A stretch of DNA of 40,453 bases from a virus (taxonomy: Duplodnaviria; Caudoviricetes), in IMG/VR virus record IMGVR_UViG_3300027804_000011, positions 1-40,453 of that record. One strand, written 5' to 3'. The notes beneath the pieces were generated by a model. The model was not told the origin of the DNA. It searched no databases and saw only the letters and a list, made by a program, of their open reading frames with translations. Both the position numbers and the translations under genes were made by a program. How positions within the stretch are numbered: the first letter of the stretch is position 1; each line of letters begins with the position of its first letter. Of this stretch, positions 1-9,154 are shown piece after piece.

Positions 1-108
1 CCAGTGCTACTTGCTACTGTAATTCCTGTGCCAGCAGATACTGCTGTAATATCACCAACATTAGGAGCAACCCACTCAAGTCCTGTAGATGTTGCAGAGT
101 TAACCGCT
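1..108. repeat. Exact direct repeat of 40346-40453 (circular assembly overlap)
   Basis: First 108 nt are identical to the last 108 nt; the repeat lies inside one continuous minus-strand reading frame. Confidence 0.97.
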
Positions 109-1460
109 AAAATATATCCAGCAGTTGTAGCAACTGTGAGTTGGTCAAAGGCTTGTGCCCCTGTACCTACTAGCAAATCTCCCTTTGCATCAAAAGATGC
201 TGCGACAGCAGCAGCAGCACTGGCTGCACTTACAGCAGCAGAGTTAGCAGAAGTCAGGGCAGATGAAGCAGATGTGCTTGCGCTAGCAGCAGATGTAGCA
301 GCAGCAGTTGCGCTTGCAGAAGCAGCAGCAACACTGGCTGCCATAGTAGAAGCAGAAGTTGCAGCGCTATTAGCCGAAGTTAAAGCCGAAGAAGCCGATG
401 TACTGGCTGAGTTAGCCGAGGTTAAGGCAGAAGATGCAGAGGTGCTAGCCGAAGCAGCAGAAGTTGCTGCAGCAGCAGCGGAGGCTGCAACTGCTGACTC
501 ACTGGCTGCAGCACTGGTAGCACTAGTAGCCGCTGCTGTGGCAGAAGCCGCCGCAGAAGTTGCAGAGGTGGCTGCGCTTGTAGCACTTGTGGCTGCTGCT
601 GAGGCACTCGTTGCCGAGGCTGTAGCGCTATTAGAGGCACTTGTAGCACTGGTAGCAGCAGAAGCAGCACTTGTAGCAGCCGATGCTGCTGAAGTTGCTG
701 CAGCCGTTGCTGAGCCTAGAATGCTATCTACATAATCCTTAGGAGTAGCAGAGGATGAAATCATACCTGCGCTAGATAGACCAGTAATGACAGGGCTACC
801 AGAGATGGTAGGGCTGGTCAGGGTCTTATTGGTCAGGGTCTGTGTTGCCGTAGCAATGACTACTACGCCTGTTGTATCAGGCAAGGTAATTGTATTGTCT
901 TGCGTAGGCTCTGTTACTGTCAGGGTAGTTTCATAAGGGTCTGCGTTAGTTCCTTCAAAAACAATAGAAGAAGGAGCAGTTGGTGTTCCAGTAAATACTG
1001 GGTCAGAAATTGTTGGGGCTGTAAGAGTCTTGTTAGTAAGAGTCTGTGTCTTAAGAGTTCCTACTACTACACCCTCACCTGAGCCAATGCCGTGCATTGT
1101 ATGGGCGCTACCGCCACCATCATTATAAGAAGCATCAGCCTCTGCGTGTAGGTTGGCATCGCGGTAATCTCTACCCATAGCCATATGTCTTACTACTGCA
1201 CCTGCTGAGTGTGCTTGTGCAGATGAGCCATCAATGGCTCTGGTAATTGTAAAGGTATTAGTAGATACCGCCGTAGCATCTACGATTTCTTCAAGAGCAG
1301 TATCTACATCTATAACCAATGTAAAAGTTCTGCCTGAAGGAATAGTAACACCACCTAGCAGACCAGTGCCTGATACTACAGTCATAGTATTTGCACCTGC
1401 GGTTATAGCACTAGTCAGTGTTGACTGTTGGCTACGGGACGAGTATTGGCGTGTTGTCAT
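1..1460 (-). CDS. Tail fibre/spike-like protein, 5' part (continues across junction to 40042; 587 aa total)
   Basis: ATG at 1460 (MTTRQYSSRSQQSTLTSAITAG...), open to position 1 and in frame with 40345-40042; TQTLTNKTLT repeats, Ala/Ser/Thr stalk, two AKGDLL motifs; absent from ORF track because it crosses the end. Confidence 0.85.
   Translation of the reverse strand, partial: MTTRQYSSRSQQSTLTSAITAGANTMTVVSGTGLLGGVTIPSGRTFTLVIDVDTALEEIVDATAVSTNTFTITRAIDGSSAQAHSAGAVVRHMAMGRDYRDANLHAEADASYNDGGGSAHTMHGIGSGEGVVVGTLKTQTLTNKTLTAPTISDPVFTGTPTAPSSIVFEGTNADPYETTLTVTEPTQDNTITLPDTTGVVVIATATQTLTNKTLTSPTISGSPVITGLSSAGMISSSATPKDYVDSILGSATAAATSAASAATSAASAATSATSASNSATASATSASAAATSATSAATSATSAAASATAAATSATSAAASESAVAASAAAAATSAASASTSASSALTSANSASTSASSALTSANSAATSASTMAASVAAASASATAAATSAASASTSASSALTSANSAAVSAASAAAAVAASFDAKGDLLVGTGAQAFDQLTVATTAGYILAVNSATSTGLEWVAPNVGDITAVSAGTGITVASST
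199..716 (-). repeat. Low-complexity Ala/Ser/Thr heptad-like repeat region (fibre stalk)
   Basis: Repeated SAASAAT/SATSAA units and three ASTSASSALTSANS units in the minus-strand translation. Confidence 0.85.
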
Positions 1461-1468
1461 TTATGTTC

Positions 1469-2401
1469 CTATCGGCTGTAGTGAACTCGGGTTGGGTACT
1501 GACCCTGGAAGGCTTGTATCTCTTCTTTAAGTCTTTGTTGATAAAGTGAAAATATTTGTCGGACTGCTGTGTTGGCTGAGCCGAACGGACGCTTAGCATC
1601 AATCTCATCAGCTTGTGGGCTAATCTGAGAAGCACGTGCTGGGTCAAGGTAGGTTAGAAGTCTGTATGCTGTACCAAGGATTACCACATCTCTTGCTGTT
1701 TCAGGGTATCCTGTCTGGGTAGTAAAGACTTGGTTAGAAGCTGTAAAGGCTGATGGCTGTTTGACATAGTTAACCTTGACTGTACGACCAGAGGTAATGT
1801 AATCCCCAATGGTAACTGTCTGTGCATTTGTACCCCAAGTTCCAGATTCAGCCTTTGGGTCAAAGGTATAACGACGAACATTTATCCACTCTTTGCTTGG
1901 GCCAATATCCTGCCAAGACATAGTTAGGATGTTCTCAATATTAAGTGGGTTACCACTACCATCACTCAGCTCATAGGTTGTAATAGCTGAGTTGTATGTA
2001 AAGGTAGTCTGGTCTACAATAAGAAGCTGTGTGCCCATGGCACGGATTGTATCATTGATAGCACGCTTGATTACATAGCGTGGGAAGATTGGAGAGATAG
2101 TAACCTTGGTATCAACAGCAGCAGTTGAGGCAGTAGTGCCTAGGTAGCCACGACCATATGGCGCAATGGTTGCTGTGTTAGCAACGCGGTCAAAGGAATC
2201 AACCCACATTAACTCTTCGCCTACTTCAATGATGCCCTTGCCTACTGAGTCAGTAGAGCCTAGGCTTAACACGGTAGGAGATGAGCTAGGGGAAGTAAGA
2301 GTAGTTACTGCTGAGGTTAGGTAGGTACTTCTATCTTGCAGATAGGTATAACCCGATAGATTGATTAAAGTCTCATCAATCATTTCGCTAAGTGTTGTCA
2401 C
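1469..2401 (-). CDS. Virion structural protein, probable tail adaptor/tubular protein
   Basis: 310 aa, position between head and fibre genes, C-terminal helical segment typical of podovirus adaptor proteins. Confidence 0.55.
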   Translation of the reverse strand: MTTLSEMIDETLINLSGYTYLQDRSTYLTSAVTTLTSPSSSPTVLSLGSTDSVGKGIIEVGEELMWVDSFDRVANTATIAPYGRGYLGTTASTAAVDTKVTISPIFPRYVIKRAINDTIRAMGTQLLIVDQTTFTYNSAITTYELSDGSGNPLNIENILTMSWQDIGPSKEWINVRRYTFDPKAESGTWGTNAQTVTIGDYITSGRTVKVNYVKQPSAFTASNQVFTTQTGYPETARDVVILGTAYRLLTYLDPARASQISPQADEIDAKRPFGSANTAVRQIFSLYQQRLKEEIQAFQGQYPTRVHYSR

Positions 2402-2673
2402 AGGTTAATGCTCCTTAAGGCGTCAGTAGGTGATAAGTCTGTTGTTCCTGCTAGTTCATTACAGATACCGCCAAGAGCCTTAAAGTTATTAGGCTGACGA
2501 TTAGCGTCTGCTTCTAGGTTCAGTGCACCAATGAGTGCCTTACCTGTTGTTCCTGCATATTGGTTGGCAGCACCAGTGGCAGCCAAGTATGAAGTCAATA
2601 CTGGATATGTCCCACTATTTGCTAAGCGATTTAGTTCGCTTGTAAATGAACTACCTGCTGTGCCTGTCGCCAT
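2398..2673 (-). CDS. Small virion-associated hypothetical protein
   Basis: 91 aa, overlapping stop/start with neighbours. Confidence 0.7.
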   Translation of the reverse strand: MATGTAGSSFTSELNRLANSGTYPVLTSYLAATGAANQYAGTTGKALIGALNLEADANRQPNNFKALGGICNELAGTTDLSPTDALRSINL

Positions 2674-3068
2674 TATCTATACCTTGCCGTTTTCTTTGCG
2701 ATTGACTTGGGTTGTTTGACAAACTGTTTGCCCTTTTTCATACCTTCACGCTTTGCTTTGCTAGTAGCAGCATACTCACTGCTTGATAAAGCTTCGCGTG
2801 CTTTCTTAGGAAGATATCTTTCACCAGTAGCTTCTTTGCCTTGGGTGCTAGGCTTACCAGATTTAGTTCCCCATTTTTCTTTAGTCCATTTAGATAAGGA
2901 CTTCTGCTTGCTGGTCTTGCTACCTGAGTAACCGCCTCCAGCTTTCTTATATTCTTGTGCTACAATCTGAGCCTTACGAGCAGACCATTGTCCTGCCTTG
3001 CCACCTTTGGTGCCAGCCATTACTTTGTTCTTAATTCGTTCTCTTAACTCAGGCTTGGTGTATGACAT
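2673..3068 (-). CDS. Basic Lys-rich protein (GGKAGQWSARKAQ motif)
   Basis: 131 aa from ATG at 3068, coupled to upstream stop; strongly basic. Confidence 0.75.
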   Translation of the reverse strand: MSYTKPELRERIKNKVMAGTKGGKAGQWSARKAQIVAQEYKKAGGGYSGSKTSKQKSLSKWTKEKWGTKSGKPSTQGKEATGERYLPKKAREALSSSEYAATSKAKREGMKKGKQFVKQPKSIAKKTARYR

Positions 3069-3358
3069 TACCACTTCACCTTATCTGCCCAGTAAGCAGC
3101 AGACATCTTTCCTTTAGCAATGTTCTTTGAGTGGCGTGCCTTAAAAGATGCACGCTTCTTTTTCATTCTGTCAGGCTCACCAGCCTTTGGCTTGCCTGCA
3201 GTCTCAGCACCTTGTTCGCCGAAACGAATAGTCTTGACTTGGCTGCCTTGTTTAGCCACTACAATGTGTGACTTCTTTGGATGTCCAGGGGTGCGCTTAG
3301 GTTTATTAAAACCAGATACGCCAGCCCTCTTAAGCCTTGGGTCTGCCTTGCTTGCCAT
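3068..3358 (-). CDS. Basic Lys-rich protein (KTIRFG...SFKARH...SAAYWA motifs)
   Basis: 96 aa from ATG at 3358; motif pattern recurrent in aquatic phages. Confidence 0.75.
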   Translation of the reverse strand: MASKADPRLKRAGVSGFNKPKRTPGHPKKSHIVVAKQGSQVKTIRFGEQGAETAGKPKAGEPDRMKKKRASFKARHSKNIAKGKMSAAYWADKVKW

Positions 3359-3479
3359 ATTCCCCATACTTTCCTAGTACTGCTCTTACTGTTCCATTCT
3401 TGTTTAACCGCACTACATATCCATCTTTGATTTGCACAGAGTTAAAACCGTAGTGCGGTTTCAATTGTCCTGACGACAT
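3330..3479 (-). CDS. Small hypothetical protein (49 aa, MSSGQLKPHYGFNSVQIKDG...)
   Basis: Read manually; ATG overlaps upstream stop, fills the gap in the operon. Confidence 0.65.
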   Translation of the reverse strand: MSSGQLKPHYGFNSVQIKDGYVVRLNKNGTVRAVLGKYGEYGKQGRPKA

Positions 3480-3688
3480 TACTTAGTTTTTTTGCGAACT
3501 TTTTTCAAAGCACGTTTAGATTCTGCAAGCATCATTTGAGAGTCAACACCTGCTTGCAAAGCATCATAGTAAGAACCTATGAAATCTTTTTGGGCGCCCA
3601 TACCAGCAGTTTGTACAACTTTTTTACGATGCTTTTCGTAAGCCTCGGCTTCAAGCCGTAGGCGTTTTGCATCTAATGATTCAGCCAT
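3479..3688 (-). CDS. Hypothetical protein with basic C-terminus
   Basis: 69 aa, operon-coupled. Confidence 0.6.
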   Translation of the reverse strand: MAESLDAKRLRLEAEAYEKHRKKVVQTAGMGAQKDFIGSYYDALQAGVDSQMMLAESKRALKKVRKKTK

Positions 3689-3690
3689 AA

Positions 3691-3876
3691 TTATTTCTTA
3701 CCCTTCTTCATAACGCCTTTAACCTTCTTCAGGTTGGGGTTTTTCTTCTTGGCTGCTGGTGAGGCTTTGCGGGCTCCAGATGCGAGGATTGCACCAGCAC
3801 GCTCCATCGACACACCTTGCTTCTTGGCTATTGATTTCTGTGCTGCCTTGAAGCCCATTCCTTTTTTTGCTTTCAT
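3691..3876 (-). CDS. Very basic small protein
   Basis: 61 aa, Lys/Ala/Gly-rich, operon-coupled. Confidence 0.7.
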   Translation of the reverse strand: MKAKKGMGFKAAQKSIAKKQGVSMERAGAILASGARKASPAAKKKNPNLKKVKGVMKKGKK

Positions 3877-4049
3877 TACTTCTTCTTGCCCATCTTCTTC
3901 ATTGCAGCCTTCTTCTTAGGTGCAGCTTTCTTCTTGGACATCTTCATCATCATTGCCTTGTCTTCCATCTTTTCAGCCTTGGCGTACATCTTAGCTGCTT
4001 TCTTACCCTTAGCTGTGTATGGGAATTTCTTATCGCCTACCATTGGCAT
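3876..4049 (-). CDS. Very basic Lys/Met/Ala-rich small protein (57 aa, MPMVGDKKFPYTAKGKKAAK...)
   Basis: Read manually; AGGAG RBS upstream, stop overlaps next ATG. Confidence 0.7.
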   Translation of the reverse strand: MPMVGDKKFPYTAKGKKAAKMYAKAEKMEDKAMMMKMSKKKAAPKKKAAMKKMGKKK

Positions 4050-4050
4050 A

Positions 4051-4362
4051 TTATGCTCCTAGTTGATTTAGTACTGCTGCTGATTTTTTGTTGATATGTT
4101 TTGCTGGTGGCATCTTACTAGAGTCATAGGGTTTGCCTAAGACTTCACTAGCCTTAACCGCTTCTTGAATCTTACTCATAGAAGTTCCAGCAGGCTGAAT
4201 GCCTTGGGCTCTCGCCTCTTTGTAGGCATCCAATTCTTTGTTAAACGCTTTAGTAGGCATATACCTTTGACTATGGGCATCGCCTGTGTTCATCTGTATA
4301 CTCAAACCCTTACAGCCAAAGCATCCTTCAACTGGCTCAGGGTGATGTTCCCAATGTTTCAT
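4051..4362 (-). CDS. Hypothetical protein with His/CxxC putative metal site
   Basis: 103 aa, HWEHHP...GCFGCK. Confidence 0.7.
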   Translation of the reverse strand: MKHWEHHPEPVEGCFGCKGLSIQMNTGDAHSQRYMPTKAFNKELDAYKEARAQGIQPAGTSMSKIQEAVKASEVLGKPYDSSKMPPAKHINKKSAAVLNQLGA

Positions 4363-4631
4363 ATTGCTGTAAAGTTACTTTCTGTGACACCAACTCCACC
4401 AGCGATAAGTGCTGCCTTTGTGGTATCATCTACTATGTGGTTGTAACCACCTTCGTAGACTTGTGGGTAGCTAGCTAAATCTCCATCAACAGGATATCGA
4501 ATTTGTGCGTACCCACCAGTTGGCTTTAGTACTATTGTAATACCTCTGTCAAGTTTATAAAAGTAAAACAGTCGTCCACCACCAGCAGGACCCTCTTCAG
4601 CCGTGGGGGTTGTGAAGATATATTCGGTCAT
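4359..4631 (-). CDS. Hypothetical virion protein (90 aa)
   Basis: Start re-called at MTEYIF with GGAGGA RBS. Confidence 0.7.
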   Translation of the reverse strand: MTEYIFTTPTAEEGPAGGGRLFYFYKLDRGITIVLKPTGGYAQIRYPVDGDLASYPQVYEGGYNHIVDDTTKAALIAGGVGVTESNFTAI

Positions 4632-4655
4632 AAGTCCTCCTAATGAACTCACCCC

Positions 4656-4682
4656 AAGGGGTAGGTTTCTAGGCCTACCCTT
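4656..4682 (-). terminator. Stem-loop after major capsid gene (terminator or processing hairpin)
   Basis: GGGTAGG/CCTACCC inverted repeat just past the capsid stop; weak U-tract. Confidence 0.55.
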
Positions 4683-4695
4683 CAGAGTCAATCAA

Positions 4696-5898
4696 CTAGA
4701 GAGCTGCGATTGAGGAACCAGATTCAATACGATACAGTGCTTCTTCACGATAACGTGCAAAGCCGAGTACGCCGTACCAACCCATTGGGCGGAAGCGCAT
4801 CAACTTATCGGTTACGTTTCCGATAACAATGTGTGGCTCTTCTGCAACAGCCTCAGCAAGTGCTTGCTGTCCGCAGAGGATAGTATCAAATACGCGTGTT
4901 ACTGGAGTTACAGTTACAGTTGTTGTAGCAGTAACTGCAGCAGTGTTGGCTGTATCTACAGTGAATGTAGTGGTTGAGCCAGAAGTGCTGATTGCAGTAA
5001 TCTTTGCACCTGATGCAATACCAGTTCCAGCAACCTTGTCGCCTACCTCAGCGCGGGTTGCGATTACAGCAGAAGAAGCAACACCAAAGGTGAAGCCTGC
5101 TGATGTACCTGCAACGGTTACTGCGGTTGTAGCAAGAGCAGACTGGTCTGCGCCATCTTTAGCATTTGGCAAACGAGAAGACTCAACAAAGAATGCTCCT
5201 TCGTAGTCGCCAATTTCTCCAGCCCATACGTTATTAACGGCTGGGTCAGAGTTGATGTGAGCGAAGTTCCAGCCTAGGTTTCCAGACTCTGCACGCAAAT
5301 CATGGGAAACTTCTGGGTGGATACCGCACCAGTAGTAAGAGCCACGGCGAGCCTTGGCCTTATTAGCGCGGAGCTTAGCAACAGCCTTACGGATGTCTGC
5401 TGAGTCAATTGTTGCTGCAGCAGAGATTGTTGCAGTGCTTGTAGCAGTGCTTCCGCTGTAGATTACGTTAGTTCCGCCAGTTAGTGTTGTTGAAACAACC
5501 TGGTCAATAGAATCAGCAAGGTTGTATGCAATGATGTTTGCAATAGCTGGGTCTACGTCTGCTAGTGAGAATAGCTCAAGAGCACGGGTTACTAGGACAG
5601 CATTACCGTACTCGTTAAGAGTAATGGTTACTGATGTCGGAGTTGTTAGAGCAACTGCATCTGGGTCAGTTGTCTCTGTTAGTGTTGAAGTTTTTGCATC
5701 CAAGTCAACATAGCGCTGTAGCACTACAGTTGAACCTGGGATTGCTTGACGGGCAGGACGCTTATCTGCTACAGAACGAAGTAGTGGTTCTGAACGGAGA
5801 GCGAACTCGAGAAGACGGTCATACGCCTTCTGTACGAGACCTGCGCCACCAACTGTTCCACCGAGAGACGTGCTCGCGGTTGATGTATATTGTGACAT
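4696..5898 (-). CDS. Major capsid protein (HK97 fold, N4-gp56-like) with Thr-rich insertion
   Basis: 400 aa after scaffold gene; ITLNEYGN, IHPEVSHDL, GEIG, DKLMRFRPMGWYG motifs; AAGGAG RBS. Confidence 0.9.
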   Translation of the reverse strand: MSQYTSTASTSLGGTVGGAGLVQKAYDRLLEFALRSEPLLRSVADKRPARQAIPGSTVVLQRYVDLDAKTSTLTETTDPDAVALTTPTSVTITLNEYGNAVLVTRALELFSLADVDPAIANIIAYNLADSIDQVVSTTLTGGTNVIYSGSTATSTATISAAATIDSADIRKAVAKLRANKAKARRGSYYWCGIHPEVSHDLRAESGNLGWNFAHINSDPAVNNVWAGEIGDYEGAFFVESSRLPNAKDGADQSALATTAVTVAGTSAGFTFGVASSAVIATRAEVGDKVAGTGIASGAKITAISTSGSTTTFTVDTANTAAVTATTTVTVTPVTRVFDTILCGQQALAEAVAEEPHIVIGNVTDKLMRFRPMGWYGVLGFARYREEALYRIESGSSIAAL

Positions 5899-5928
5899 TA
5901 GTTTTTAGTCTCCTTGACTATGAACGGA

Positions 5929-6411
5929 TTATTGTTGTGACTGAAGGATAGATAGTAGCTCTTCGGCTGAACCAGCTTGGTTCATACGCTGTTCTACATC
6001 TAGTCCTCTGTCAGGTGTCAAAGCACCTTGTGTCAGGACATCTTGCTGGCGAAGCCGTGCAAGGTCCTGCTGACTTACTGGTGCCTCTTGTTCTGCTACC
6101 TTGATTCCAAACAAGTCTGCGTTATCATCGAGCCAGTTAGAAACTGAATCCTCGTTAACATCATCCAAGTCTTTCAATACAAGGCGTGCAGCCTTTTGGT
6201 TGACACCCTTCTTTTCTAGGACTTCTTTGACAACTCGCTCACGCTGCACTTTGGATAAACCCTCAAGTTGCTCAGTGAGTTCCTTAATACGTTTCTCATC
6301 AGAACGCTTAGCTTTACGGAGTTTCTTTAGTAAGTCACTCTCGGTTACACCAAACGACTGTGACTCTGTATCCAGGTCATCGTCTTCTTCATCCCAGTAG
6401 TTGTTGCTCAT
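5929..6411 (-). CDS. Capsid scaffolding protein
   Basis: 160 aa from MSNNYW; acidic N-terminus, coiled-coil, directly upstream of capsid. Confidence 0.75.
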   Translation of the reverse strand: MSNNYWDEEDDDLDTESQSFGVTESDLLKKLRKAKRSDEKRIKELTEQLEGLSKVQRERVVKEVLEKKGVNQKAARLVLKDLDDVNEDSVSNWLDDNADLFGIKVAEQEAPVSQQDLARLRQQDVLTQGALTPDRGLDVEQRMNQAGSAEELLSILQSQQ

Positions 6412-6440
6412 AGCAACCACCCTTCTATTCGTTGTTAGTC

Positions 6441-6520
6441 GCAAGCCTCAATTCCATTCGGGGTAATGGGTTGGCTCTTGCTATCGGTCTAATACGCTGC
6501 ATGGGGCCGATGGGTCCATG
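6441..6520 (-). promoter_or_regulatory. Structured leader of scaffold/capsid genes (hairpin plus possible pseudoknot)
   Basis: CATGG/CCATG stem whose loop ATCGG matches downstream CCGAT; second stem GCAAG..CTTGC. Confidence 0.4.
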
Positions 6521-6528
6521 TCAGGATT

Positions 6529-7887
6529 CTATATTAAGCCGCCTGTTGCTCGGCGTTGTGACTTAAGCATTCCAGATGTGCCACTAAACTCTGCTATTTC
6601 TCTAGCAGATAGTCTTTCTCGTGCAGTTTTAGCTTCCGCTAAATTCATAAATGCTTCTTGTTCAGCTTGTTTACGTCCATACTGTTGTAGGCTTTTACCA
6701 TAAATTGAACTTAGTTTCTCTGCGGTTGGTAGTACACCAGCTACTGCAGCATATCCCTTACGGGCTTCTTCTAGGTCGACACCTTGTGCTTGTAACTGCT
6801 CAATACTAAGTCCTTGACGACTGACATTTGTATATTCAGATACATCAGTTGGGCCTTGTGTTAGTCCAATACTTAAGTTCTGGGCAAGAGCAGCTCCGCC
6901 AATTTCAGCAGCTTGAATCTTGCGCTGGATAGCGGGTAGCTGATTAACAGGGTCAATAACATAAGCCAAGATATCTGTATCATTTAACTCAGGGAAGAGT
7001 TTGTTTAAAGCATCTTTGGTTACTGCTGCGCCCTTAACAATTCTATCATACCCAGCAGATACACGTCCTGCTAGTTCATCAGCTGATACCATGCTGCCAA
7101 TTAAATTACTATATCTGTCGCGGTTAGCAAACTGCTTTAAGCCATAAGCATTAAAGATTTTACTGTAAGCTGCTTCAGTAGCAAGATATGTTTTATCATC
7201 TAGCATTGCAAAGCCTGCGTCTTGAAGCTTTTTGTTTCCAGCAAAACGGGTAAGGTATGCACTATTAAAACGATTATCAAACTTAAGAAGATTCAGTGCA
7301 TCTTCTGAAGAGATGCCAGGGTATAACCTACGAATCTCAGCCATTACTTCGACAAGGCCTTCTACTCCAACAGCGCCTAGGGCCGCAGCAGCGGCTGCTA
7401 ATCCTGCATCAGAAACGGTTGCATATTGTGGTTGTTCATTAACGACTCCTTTAAATACAGGAGGTAATTGCATGTAGTTAAACTGACCAGATGCAACAGC
7501 ATCAGTTATAATTTTATCGCCTTCAGCTTCAGCTTTTTCTCCTTCAGCTGCAGAAAGTTTAGCTTCTGCTGCTAATCTTTCCGCTTCTGCAATATCAGCT
7601 TCAGCCTGTGCTAGGATAGCAGCTAAATCATCTGCTGCCTTAGTAATAGCTTCATCAATAGATGTTTTTAATTTAGTAGTCTCCGCAGCGATGGCTGCCT
7701 TTGCAGGGTCGACTACCTTACTAGGGTCATACCCCTCAAGGGCTCTCTCAACTTCATAAGGTCTTTCTTTTTGAACAGCGGTTATAGTACCAGATTCAGT
7801 GCCTCTGGAAGCAGCAGAGTCTGTTCTGCCTCGTGATATGCCTAGCTCAGCATCTTTTTGAGCATCTGTTTTAAATTTTCTGGCCAT
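6529..7887 (-). CDS. Putative internal virion (ejection) protein
   Basis: 452 aa helical Ala-rich; synteny between portal and scaffold. Confidence 0.55.
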   Translation of the reverse strand: MARKFKTDAQKDAELGISRGRTDSAASRGTESGTITAVQKERPYEVERALEGYDPSKVVDPAKAAIAAETTKLKTSIDEAITKAADDLAAILAQAEADIAEAERLAAEAKLSAAEGEKAEAEGDKIITDAVASGQFNYMQLPPVFKGVVNEQPQYATVSDAGLAAAAAALGAVGVEGLVEVMAEIRRLYPGISSEDALNLLKFDNRFNSAYLTRFAGNKKLQDAGFAMLDDKTYLATEAAYSKIFNAYGLKQFANRDRYSNLIGSMVSADELAGRVSAGYDRIVKGAAVTKDALNKLFPELNDTDILAYVIDPVNQLPAIQRKIQAAEIGGAALAQNLSIGLTQGPTDVSEYTNVSRQGLSIEQLQAQGVDLEEARKGYAAVAGVLPTAEKLSSIYGKSLQQYGRKQAEQEAFMNLAEAKTARERLSAREIAEFSGTSGMLKSQRRATGGLI

Positions 7888-7894
7888 ATCCTAC

Positions 7895-9154
7895 CTATCC
7901 GATAAAGTTTCTAATAAGAGCTCTAGCATCACTTAACTGCTGCTCTCTTACTACGGGTGAATTCTTGGCTTCAGGAAGAGTATATAAATATTTTTCCCAA
8001 TCATTAAATGGCATAACTTTATCTCCCGAATATACTGGGGCAAGTCTTGTCAAGTCTACTTGGTTTTGAGGAATTCCTGTAAATTTAGAGTAAGCAGCTA
8101 AATAGGTTCCAAGCGCTTCTTTGGGGCTCAGGCCTTGCTTAATGTAATCTTTAAGAGCAGGCATAGCAACTTCTGCTTGAAGTCTAATCTTACTAAGATT
8201 ATTATCTAGTGCTTGCTTACTGCGTATTGAATTGATAGCTAGTTTGTATAAAGACTTATCATCAATAGGAATACCATAGTCTCTGTATTCTTCACGCAGA
8301 ACATTATAGGTACCGCCAAGGGCGCCCTTACGCATAAGCAAACTGTCTGCCTCGTCAACACCATCTTTGAATACTTCTTTTGCTTTATTCTGAACCTCAT
8401 CAAGAAGTAACTGTTGACGCTCTAGCTGGGTTAATGCTCCCCCACGCTTCTTCTCTAAATCATTAATCTTCTTAGCATAGCTTTCAGCTTCTTTCTTGCT
8501 AGCTTTAATATCTAGATAATCAAGAACAGACTGTTGTAGTTCTACTACCAAAGCATCAGCTGGAGTCAGGGCAATCTTACGAGCAGCGCCCGTCTTGGTG
8601 CCAGCTAAGTCAAAGAATCCTTGAGCAAGGGCTGGATTAGTAACTAACTTATTTACAGCATCGCCATAGCTATCACCAGTAGTGTCAGCATAACGCATGA
8701 CATTTTCTAGCGCGTCCATGTCTTCTTCTCTGACGGCTATGTTTCCACCAGCATTAACTAATCTTAAAAGATAATCTTCGGTTGGTGCTTTGTTACGGCT
8801 GTATAAACCACGTATCTGAGCAAGTTTTGCTAGAAGTTCAACCTTCTGCTCATTGTTTAATGTTCCAAATATCTTGGCACCATCACCTGGAGCATACTGA
8901 GTTACTCCATAAGTTTTCTTAGTAACATCATAATACTTTTTAGTTTTTGGCCTTGGCTTCCTAATGACATCTTCGGCAATAACTATTTGAGTACCGACAG
9001 GAACGCCAGTTAAACCTGTTGGAGTTCTTTTACTTGCGTCACCTTGTGGTATGGTAGTGCTAGCTTTCTCAGCTTCAGCAGATGGGCCAAGGTTACCAGA
9101 AGGTTTTGGGGAAGGAGCTGGACTGGCGCTTGGCTGGGGTTTTTTAATAGTCAT
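7895..9154 (-). CDS. Putative internal virion (ejection) protein
   Basis: 419 aa helical; synteny. Confidence 0.55.
   Translation of the reverse strand: MTIKKPQPSASPAPSPKPSGNLGPSAEAEKASTTIPQGDASKRTPTGLTGVPVGTQIVIAEDVIRKPRPKTKKYYDVTKKTYGVTQYAPGDGAKIFGTLNNEQKVELLAKLAQIRGLYSRNKAPTEDYLLRLVNAGGNIAVREEDMDALENVMRYADTTGDSYGDAVNKLVTNPALAQGFFDLAGTKTGAARKIALTPADALVVELQQSVLDYLDIKASKKEAESYAKKINDLEKKRGGALTQLERQQLLLDEVQNKAKEVFKDGVDEADSLLMRKGALGGTYNVLREEYRDYGIPIDDKSLYKLAINSIRSKQALDNNLSKIRLQAEVAMPALKDYIKQGLSPKEALGTYLAAYSKFTGIPQNQVDLTRLAPVYSGDKVMPFNDWEKYLYTLPEAKNSPVVREQQLSDARALIRNFIG

Noticed and set aside
4-735. 243-aa Ala/Glu/Val-rich plus-strand ORF
   Set aside because: Antisense shadow of the low-complexity fibre stalk on the minus strand
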